A DNA stretch of 4,533 nt from a virus. Taxonomy: Duplodnaviria; Heunggongvirae; Uroviricota; Caudoviricetes. Location of the stretch: IMG/VR virus record IMGVR_UViG_2778261182_000006. One strand, given 5' to 3'. Positions 1 through 4,526 of the stretch are shown one piece after another. Position 1 is the stretch's first letter, and each line of letters opens with the position of its first letter. The position numbers were made by a program, and so were the translations under genes. Below the pieces are notes generated by a model, which was not told where the DNA came from, ran no database searches, and worked only from the letters and a program-made list of their open reading frames with translations.

Positions 1-370
1 GCTGCATAACTTCGCTTTCCCGGCACTCACGGCAAATCATGTTCTGACGCCTGTCATAGCGGCGTATTTCTCCGTCTGGTAATGAATAAACCAGGTCCGG
101 GTCGCTCTTTTTTTTCACTGCTGCTTTCGACATCTTTTTGCGGGCCTTTATCCAGTCCTTACGTGCCTGTTCAGACGGAAATAACCCGTAGCCGGAGTTG
201 TATAAATCGCCACTGGCAACCAGCTCTCTGGCAAGAACGCTCATCAGATATCTTGTCGCACCTGTTTTAGCTTCCAGTTGCCGTAGCGTCTCTCGCCCAC
301 TCTGGCGTACTAGCTCAACAACCTGCCCTTTAATTTTTTCCCGCTCTTCTTGTGTAAATACTTTTGCCAC
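1..370 (-). CDS. Partial CDS of unknown function (N-terminal 123 codons; continues past the left edge), first gene downstream of the replication initiator
   Basis: Own translation of the minus strand: open frame from GTG (revcomp of 368-370) to the window edge, beginning VAKVFTQEEREKIKGQVVELVRQSGRETLRQLEAKTGATRYLMSVLARELVASGDLYNSGYGLFPSEQARKDWIKARKKMSKAAVKKKSDPDLVYSLPDGEIRRYDRRQNMICRECRESEVMQ. Absent from the ORF track because it has no stop inside the window. AGGAGG (revcomp of 375-380) lies 4 nt upstream of the GTG. Same strand and tight spacing with the upstream rep gene (stop at 411). No Walker A motif in the visible part, so not obviously DnaC/P-like. A CxxC (CRECRE) sits near the edge. 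Confidence 0.5.
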   Translation of the reverse strand, partial: MAKVFTQEEREKIKGQVVELVRQSGRETLRQLEAKTGATRYLMSVLARELVASGDLYNSGYGLFPSEQARKDWIKARKKMSKAAVKKKSDPDLVYSLPDGEIRRYDRRQNMICRECRESEVMQ

Positions 371-410
371 AAGTCCTCCTGAAAATTACCTCATGATCTG
401 AAATAAACTC

Positions 411-1358
411 TTACCCCCTGAAGCCCGGCGGAATTTCGGTATCCGGTTCAGAAATGTGATTCACGCAACGCTGTACAGGCGAACGCCCCAGACGAATAAC
501 CAGCTCATCCCATTTTTCGCGAAGCTTTGACGGGCTCATGACGTTTTTTACCCAGAATGGATCCCGCTGTACCCGACCAAACATTTCGCAAATTTGTCTG
601 TGAGTTCTGCCATCCAGCATCCGCATTGTGCGCACATCATTGGCCCATGCAGTCCAGTTTGGTTCTTTCGGTCGCATGATTTCGCCATCATCGCTGGCAG
701 CCTGCTCGTAAAGACTCACGATTCGTCCCCAGATCCACTGCGCACACGCTAAATCTTCCTGGCTACCCCACTGGCGTTTTTTCGCACTGAACACAACCGC
801 GTCAGGGTGTCGGGTTAAAAAATCCTGTTCAGCCGTCTGCGGGTCCGGTTGCGAAGCGTCCGGACAAGAAGATCTTTTATCTGACGGATCAGGTTTTAAT
901 ACTGACGGATCGGGGCCAACCATCGCCCCCCTATCCGGCTGTTTTTTATCAATGGTTGATCCATCAAAATTTGAGGGGCCAACCGTTGAGAGGTCAATAT
1001 TTGACGGGTCATTTTTTACCGGGTTAATTTTTCTTTTCGGTTTATATGCCTCACGCGCCGCCGCTGCTGCTGCTTCGAGTTTTTCCACATTAAGACGGTA
1101 GATATTGCTTTCATTACGCCCACCGACCTTACGTTCCTCCTTCGTCAGCCAGCCGTTCTTTTCCAGTTCCGCTATCGCAGCTTTAACCGTTGATTCACTC
1201 TTTGCCCCAATCTGACGACGAATGGTCTCCACTGCAGGCCATGACACACCTTCGTCATTGCTGTAATCTGCAAGGCGAGCCATTACTGCCACCCTGGATA
1301 AGATCATGCCGGTGAAGGCACACCCTTCCCAGACAAGACCATGAAGCTTGCTGCTCAT
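411..1358 (-). CDS. Phage replication initiation protein: N-terminal DNA-binding (wHTH-like) region, low-complexity Pro/Asp/Ser linker, DnaT-like C-terminal domain
   Basis: 315-aa ORF from the track; GGAG about 7 nt upstream of the ATG (revcomp of 1365-1368). The C-terminus ...HISEPDTEIPPGFRG matches, by my recollection, the C-terminus of E. coli primosomal protein DnaT (...VSEPDSQIPPGFRG). The N-terminal region (AVETIRRQIGAKSESTVKAAIAELEKNGWL) looks like a winged-helix DNA-binding segment. It lies downstream of the cro-like and cII-like genes, as O/ydaU-type replication genes do. The linker-encoding DNA contains iteron-like repeats, as in lambda O/ori. Confidence 0.8.
   Translation of the reverse strand: MSSKLHGLVWEGCAFTGMILSRVAVMARLADYSNDEGVSWPAVETIRRQIGAKSESTVKAAIAELEKNGWLTKEERKVGGRNESNIYRLNVEKLEAAAAAAREAYKPKRKINPVKNDPSNIDLSTVGPSNFDGSTIDKKQPDRGAMVGPDPSVLKPDPSDKRSSCPDASQPDPQTAEQDFLTRHPDAVVFSAKKRQWGSQEDLACAQWIWGRIVSLYEQAASDDGEIMRPKEPNWTAWANDVRTMRMLDGRTHRQICEMFGRVQRDPFWVKNVMSPSKLREKWDELVIRLGRSPVQRCVNHISEPDTEIPPGFRG
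878..1050. repeat. Iteron-like repeats and short palindromes followed by an AT-rich stretch inside the rep gene; putative phage replication origin
   Basis: Seen directly: CTGACGGATC at 881-890 and 902-911 (21 bp apart) and TTGACGGGTC at 1001-1010; GGGGCCAACC at 912-921 and 975-984; palindromes TTGATccATCAA (956-967) and GTCAAtatTTGAC (993-1005); AT-rich 1011-1050. The region encodes the repetitive linker (PSNIDLST / PSNFDGST). The ori assignment is by analogy to lambda, where ori lies within the O gene linker. Confidence 0.4.
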
Positions 1359-1381
1359 AAAAAACTCCGAACACCGTGCTT

Positions 1382-1807
1382 TTAGTGCATCACCACGGCA
1401 TTTCCCGCCGGACCACCACGATTCATCTGGTTGAAACCAGCGATCGCCACTGCGACAAAATCATCAGCGTCTCTCACCAGTCGTTCCCGCGTCGCCACCA
1501 GCTCCCGAAAATAGGCTGAACTGTGACTGCGCATTCGGGCCACCAGCAGAGGTGGCATTGCTTTTTCGATCGCTGGTAACAGTGCCTGAATTTTTTTAAC
1601 CGCATCAGGAGTGTCTTTCTCTACCCAGCGGAAAATTTTCTGAGTATTGCGAGCCAGGGCTTCCGGATAGCTGTCGTCATACAGTTCCGGGAATGTCATA
1701 CCCAGCTCAAAATAAGCCCGGGTTATTTCAGCTGCCGGAACTTTTTCACCGTCCGGATGCGCCCAGGCACTCATCGCCATGCGGATGTGTTCATGCTTGA
1801 TTTTCAT
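1382..1807 (-). CDS. ydaT: YdaT-like protein (CII-analogue regulator of Rac-type prophages; historically annotated as toxin YdaT)
   Basis: 141-aa ORF from the track beginning MKIKHEHIRMAMSAWAHPDGEKVP, which matches my recollection of E. coli YdaT in length (about 140 aa) and N-terminus. It lies immediately downstream of the cro-like gene, overlapping it by 17 nt (1791-1807). Confidence 0.75.
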   Translation of the reverse strand: MKIKHEHIRMAMSAWAHPDGEKVPAAEITRAYFELGMTFPELYDDSYPEALARNTQKIFRWVEKDTPDAVKKIQALLPAIEKAMPPLLVARMRSHSSAYFRELVATRERLVRDADDFVAVAIAGFNQMNRGGPAGNAVVMH

Positions 1808-2063
1808 GAATCAACTCCGGTGCATTTGATGTGTTAACCTTACATCCAACAGGTAAACCGTCGGTTGGATTAGGATAAATATCAGGGCGAATTTCATGCG
1901 GGGTAACTTCCCACTTCATTAGCTGGCATAACGGAATTACCTGCTTTGGGGGAACGCCAAAGCTAAACCATTGCCAAACAGTCTGTTGAGCGACCCCCAT
2001 ATAACGACCTATTTCAGCTTGAGTGTATTTCTGCCTAATTTTTTCGCGAGTGCTATCTAGCAT
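1791..2063 (-). CDS. ydaS: Cro-like HTH regulator, YdaS family
   Basis: 90-aa ORF with an HTH (YTQAEIGRYMGVAQQTVWQW) and a YdaS-type C-terminal segment (PPKQVIPLCQLMKWEVTPHEIRPD). AGGAGG (revcomp of 2069-2074) lies 5 nt upstream of the ATG. It is divergent from the repressor-like gene at 2173. Confidence 0.8.
   Translation of the reverse strand: MLDSTREKIRQKYTQAEIGRYMGVAQQTVWQWFSFGVPPKQVIPLCQLMKWEVTPHEIRPDIYPNPTDGLPVGCKVNTSNAPELIHENQA
1797..1814. promoter_or_regulatory. Perfect inverted repeat TTGATT-N6-AATCAA centred on the ydaT start codon; candidate binding site for the CII-like YdaT or another HTH regulator
   Basis: Seen directly: TTGATT (1797-1802), spacer ttcatg, AATCAA (1809-1814). 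Its position at the cro-like/cII-like junction mirrors where lambda CII acts at pRE. Function is inferred. Confidence 0.35.
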
Positions 2064-2172
2064 TTTGCCCTCCTCTAAAAAACTATAAGCAAAGCCTACA
2101 ATAAAAAATTGTACACGATCAACAGTTTTTTATTGTGATGCTTTTAACAGTATTTACCTGTAAAATTGAATA
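2064..2172. promoter_or_regulatory. Divergent promoter/operator region (OR-like) between the cro-like and repressor-like genes
   Basis: 109-bp AT-rich intergenic region between divergent start codons. Contains the inverted repeat TACAAT-aaaaa-ATTGTA (2097-2113) and AACAGTTTTTTATTGT (2121-2136), a 15/16 match to a half-site of the palindrome at 3136-3174. A -10-like TAAAAT (2161-2166) ends 7 nt before the ATG at 2173, suggesting a leaderless repressor mRNA. Minus-strand -10 candidates are TATAGT (revcomp of 2082-2087) and TACAAT (revcomp of 2108-2113); their -35 elements are poor. Confidence 0.6.
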
Positions 2173-2574
2173 ATGATGAACGCCCTAGAAGTATCTATGT
2201 ACAGAATCAGCAAGCTTCTTCAGGAAACTGGATGGAGCCAGGCTGAGCTTGCCCGTAGAATTGGTGTGACACAACAAACTGTTCAACAATGGGCCAGCGG
2301 TAAGGCCACCCCTAAAGCCTCAAGTTTGGATAAACTGGTTGAGGTTACAGGGCATCCATTGCATTGGTTTTTATTGCCTCCTGAAGAAGGGGAGCAAATT
2401 TTCACCCCTGACACGATGAAAATTGGTCCTCGCCAACGCGAACTGCTCCAGGCTTTTAGTGCGTTTCCTGAGGAAGACCAAGAAAAAATGCTTCAAGAAA
2501 TCAAAGACAAGAAAAAATCAATGGAAGAAACCATTGCCCGGTGGTTGGCGGCGCAAAAAAGCCGCCGGGCGTAA
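2173..2574 (+). CDS. paaR2: XRE-family HTH transcriptional regulator, CI/DicA-like; regulator of the three-component TA operon and likely prophage immunity repressor
   Basis: 133-aa ORF with an HTH (SQAELARRIGVTQQTVQQWASG) and a C-terminal region typical of the dimerisation part of DicA-type repressors. No Shine-Dalgarno upstream. First gene of an operon with the antitoxin and ParE genes. Confidence 0.8.
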   Translation: MMNALEVSMYRISKLLQETGWSQAELARRIGVTQQTVQQWASGKATPKASSLDKLVEVTGHPLHWFLLPPEEGEQIFTPDTMKIGPRQRELLQAFSAFPEEDQEKMLQEIKDKKKSMEETIARWLAAQKSRRA

Positions 2575-2604
2575 CCACTACTGTACAAAAAGAGGAGTTA
2601 TGCC

Positions 2605-2796
2605 ATGAGTACAGCCCTTTCTCCGATAGTTTCAGAATTCGAAACTACCGAACAAGAAAACAGTTACAACGAATGGCTGCGCGCTAAAGTGGCGTCAAGC
2701 CTTGCAGACCCTCGCCCCGCAATTCCACATGACGAGGTAATGGCTGAAATGGAAAATCTTATTGCTCAAATTGCTGTAACTAACAGGAGCGAGTAA
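2605..2796 (+). CDS. paaA2: Small antitoxin of a ParE-family toxin (PaaA2-like)
   Basis: 63-aa acidic ORF (MSTALSPIVSEFETTEQENSYNEWLRAKVASSLADPRPAIPHDEVMAEMENLIAQ...) with GAGGAG about 7 nt upstream of the ATG. Its stop overlaps the toxin start (TAATG at 2794-2798). Size and position match the PaaA2 antitoxin as I recall it. Confidence 0.8.
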   Translation: MSTALSPIVSEFETTEQENSYNEWLRAKVASSLADPRPAIPHDEVMAEMENLIAQIAVTNRSE

Positions 2797-3083
2797 TGTT
2801 ACCCATTTTATGGCTACCATCTGCTCGCGATGATTTGCGTCAGATCGTAGCCTATATTGCTAAGGAAAATATTCCTGCAGCACGCAGACTAAAAATACGT
2901 ATTGAAACGTCTGTTTTAGCCCTCTCTGAGCACCCATATCTATATCCGCCAAGTGATCGAGTATCCGGTTTGCGGGAAATTGTGGTTCACCCTAATTATA
3001 TCGTTTTGTACCGAGTAGCAACTTCAAGCATTGAAATTGCAAATATTGTGCATGCCCGCCGACAATTTCCCTTCTCTATCTGA
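2796..3083 (+). CDS. parE2: Type II toxin, RelE/ParE superfamily (ParE-like)
   Basis: 95-aa ORF (MLPILWLPSARDDLRQIVAYIAKENIPAARRLKIRIE...HPYLYPPSDRVSGLREIVVHPNYIVLYRV...) of typical ParE size and pattern. AGGAG (2785-2789) precedes it, with translational coupling to the antitoxin; a terminator follows. Confidence 0.85.
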   Translation: MLPILWLPSARDDLRQIVAYIAKENIPAARRLKIRIETSVLALSEHPYLYPPSDRVSGLREIVVHPNYIVLYRVATSSIEIANIVHARRQFPFSI

Positions 3084-3099
3084 GCCGAGCAATTCTCAT

Positions 3100-3125
3100 A
3101 CTCCCTCATTCGAGGGAGTTTTTTT
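3100..3125 (+). terminator. Rho-independent terminator ending the regulator-antitoxin-toxin operon
   Basis: Seen directly: stem ACTCCCTC (3100-3107), loop ATTC (3108-3111), stem GAGGGAGT (3112-3119), overlapping a run of 7 T (3119-3125), 17 nt after the parE stop. Confidence 0.75.
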
Positions 3126-3135
3126 GCTCAAAGCC

Positions 3136-3179
3136 ACAATTAAAAACTGTTGACACAAAACAGTTTTTAATTGTAGATT
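3136..3179 (+). promoter_or_regulatory. pL/dicBp-like early promoter embedded in a 39-bp perfect palindromic operator
   Basis: Seen directly: ACAATTAAAAACTGTT (3136-3151) and its exact reverse complement AACAGTTTTTAATTGT (3159-3174), separated by GACACAA. Consensus -35 TTGACA at 3150-3155; -10 candidate TAGATT at 3174-3179 (18-bp spacer). The half-site recurs at 2121-2136 in the OR-like region. Confidence 0.55.
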
Positions 3180-3362
3180 GTTTTCACCGCCCCACCCCGT
3201 CCCACAGAACGCAGGGCAATACTTCGAGTTACCAGGCAGTGGTCAGGGGTTAAGTAGCCAGCCCGAGGCGTAAGAACATGACGGCAGGGTTCAACTTTAA
3301 TAACTATGCAGCAGGTTTTTGTTCCGCTACCCCGGCGTTAAGGGGAAACAGAGGATTTCTCA

Positions 3363-3719
3363 GTGGGCGAAGTCAAACATCAGAATGGAAGGCATCCCGG
3401 GATCGGCAAAGAAGCAGCAATGGCGCTTTATATTGACATCAGCGCCATTGCCGGACAGGTAAGAGTTATTAGAGCGGTAACTAAGCAGTATGCGCCTTTA
3501 CTTCAGAAAGTCTCTGGTGAGTGCACCGAAGATATTGTCAACGATTTCGTCATCGAACTGCGAGGACTCATCTTCAGTTACAAGGTGACCACAATTTTTG
3601 CAGATGGCTCCCGCGAAACTGTCAGAGCCCTGCGGCTTAAAGGATGTGTCAAAGACTTCGCCACCACATTCTGGGCAAGAAAACTTGATTGTATTCATAA
3701 CCAATTTCCTCTCGAGTAA
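3363..3719 (+). CDS. Alternative hypothetical protein (118 aa, GTG start), mutually exclusive with the antisense zinc-ribbon ORF
   Basis: Plus-strand ORF in the same direction as the early operon; GAGGA (3351-3355) lies 7 nt upstream of the GTG. It uses only AGA/AGG arginine codons in its unique 5' part and has no recognisable motif. Its openness over 3498-3698 may be an antisense in-register artefact of GNC-rich coding on the other strand. Confidence 0.3.
   Translation: MGEVKHQNGRHPGIGKEAAMALYIDISAIAGQVRVIRAVTKQYAPLLQKVSGECTEDIVNDFVIELRGLIFSYKVTTIFADGSRETVRALRLKGCVKDFATTFWARKLDCIHNQFPLE
3498..3698 (-). CDS. Small 4-Cys zinc-ribbon protein (about 66 aa), unknown function
   Basis: Minus-strand ORF (track 3498-3704, TTG start; more likely ATG at 3696-3698) with C-P-E-C ... 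C-K-N-C spaced about 21 residues apart, a classic zinc-ribbon signature, plus an acidic C-terminus. GAGAGG (revcomp of 3708-3713) lies about 9 nt upstream of the ATG. It conflicts with the plus-strand ORF 3363-3719; at most one is real. Confidence 0.45.
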   Translation of the reverse strand: MNTIKFSCPECGGEVFDTSFKPQGSDSFAGAICKNCGHLVTEDESSQFDDEIVDNIFGALTRDFLK

Positions 3720-3790
3720 CAGACCCCTCAGAGGATACCACCTCGCCTGACGTGGTTAAAAGCAGGCAACGCTAACCACAAGGAGCCGAC

Positions 3791-4006
3791 ATGCAGAAAC
3801 GAGAACCCGTCATCATCGCGCCAGACTATACCGATGATGAAATTTACGAATGGATGTGCGGGAAGATACGCGCCATTAATGACCTGAAGCAGGCTGCTGA
3901 CTATAAAGAGCGCCTCTCTAAAGAACTGGCGTCAGCGGAGCAGGATATTACCACTCTGGCAAAAAGCGCGGCTTTAAACGTTTCGCGAGTGACTGAAAAC
4001 CACTGA
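3791..4006 (+). CDS. Hypothetical small protein (71 aa) of the early rightward operon
   Basis: Strong SD AAGGAG (3780-3785) 5 nt before the ATG. Plausible, non-repetitive protein (MQKREPVIIAPDYTDDEIYEWMCGKIRAINDLKQAADYKERLSKELASAEQDITTLAK...). Occupies the position of the small ydfA/B/C-type genes upstream of DicF in Qin-type prophages. Confidence 0.6.
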   Translation: MQKREPVIIAPDYTDDEIYEWMCGKIRAINDLKQAADYKERLSKELASAEQDITTLAKSAALNVSRVTENH

Positions 4007-4009
4007 CTG

Positions 4010-4396
4010 ATGAGGTTGATGATGGAATTTAAAGATTTACCAATGCCATTCCAGGAAATGGCAGCGAATATAGTTCGTTCCCAACTGGCGACTCTTGACC
4101 TGAGTACCGTAGAAAAAGAAACCATCGATAATATATCCGGTAACGTGCGTCGCGCCTTTATCGGGTTGTACGAAGAGAAGCAACTCTCTGATAACCAGGA
4201 TTTACATGAAAAATACTTCCTGGAATTAATGGACATCATTGATAAGGGATTTGGCTTGTTAATGAAACAGAAAGGGATTCGAATGAACCCCCTTGAAAAT
4301 TACTTCGTAACAAGAAGCATTAATTCCTGTGATTTAAAGCATCCCGCCACAGACGGGAGTGTTACAGTTAGCCATAAGATTTCGATTAATCATTAA
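4010..4396 (+). CDS. Hypothetical protein (128 aa by track; true start may be ATG 4019 or 4022)
   Basis: ORF begins 3 nt after the upstream stop. GAGG (4012-4015) would serve an ATG at 4022 (6-nt spacing). No recognisable motif. Followed by the DicF-like element. Confidence 0.6.
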   Translation: MRLMMEFKDLPMPFQEMAANIVRSQLATLDLSTVEKETIDNISGNVRRAFIGLYEEKQLSDNQDLHEKYFLELMDIIDKGFGLLMKQKGIRMNPLENYFVTRSINSCDLKHPATDGSVTVSHKISINH

Positions 4397-4464
4397 AATC
4401 AATAACTATTTCAATAAGTGATGCCATCTCGTTGCATTTTGTTGAATTCATCTTACGTAATACT

Positions 4465-4526
4465 TCATGTTGATTAGCACCTTTGGCGGCATCAGTTTTC
4501 ATTGCTGGCTGATGTCCGCCCTTTTT
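4465..4526 (+). ncRNA. dicF: DicF-like small RNA with its intrinsic terminator (5' end is processing-defined and approximate)
   Basis: The segment ...CCTTTGGCGGCATCAGTTTTCATTGCTGGCTGATGTCCGCCCTTTTTAAAGTGA resembles my recollection of E. coli DicF (...GTTTGGCGGTATCAGTTTTACTCCGTGACTGCTCTGCCGCCCTTTTT). Shared blocks are TTTGGCGG-ATCAGTTTT and CCGCCCTTTTT. It lies at the end of an early operon under an operator-controlled promoter, as DicF does in the dicB operon. Confidence 0.5.
4485..4526 (+). terminator. Rho-independent terminator (3' hairpin of the DicF-like RNA)
   Basis: Seen directly: stem GGCGGCATCAG (4485-4495) pairs with CTGATGtCCGCC (4509-4520, one bulged T), 13-nt loop, then a run of 5 T (4522-4526). 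Confidence 0.6.

Noticed and set aside
82-401. Plus-strand ORFs 82-270 and 198-401 from the track
   Set aside because: Both lie antisense to the continuous minus-strand reading frame 1-370, which is in operon context with the rep gene. Their proteins are Ser/Leu/Arg-rich and featureless, with no convincing ribosome-binding site.
2423-2608. Plus-strand 61-aa ORF in an alternative frame inside the regulator gene
   Set aside because: Fully nested out of frame within the HTH regulator gene; lysine/arginine-rich low-complexity translation typical of a frame-shifted read of an A-rich coding stretch.
3186-3362. Searched for a lambda-type nut site (boxA CGCTCTTTA-like plus boxB hairpin) and an N-like arginine-rich ORF
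   Set aside because: No boxA-like sequence and only a weak 4-bp hairpin were found; the first plus-strand ORF is not arginine-rich, so no antitermination module can be claimed.
3278-3436. 52-aa ORF in the leader with a GAGG 9 nt upstream
   Set aside because: Gly/Ser/Arg-rich featureless translation overlapping the start of the 3363 ORF in another frame; no supporting evidence beyond an open frame.
3433-3438. Second TTGACA hexamer inside the 3363-3719 region
   Set aside because: No acceptable -10 element at 16-19 bp spacing downstream, so it is not called as a promoter.
3901-4239. Minus-strand 112-aa ORF
   Set aside because: Antisense to the two plus-strand genes that have good SD motifs; the translation is serine-rich and low-complexity with no start-site support.
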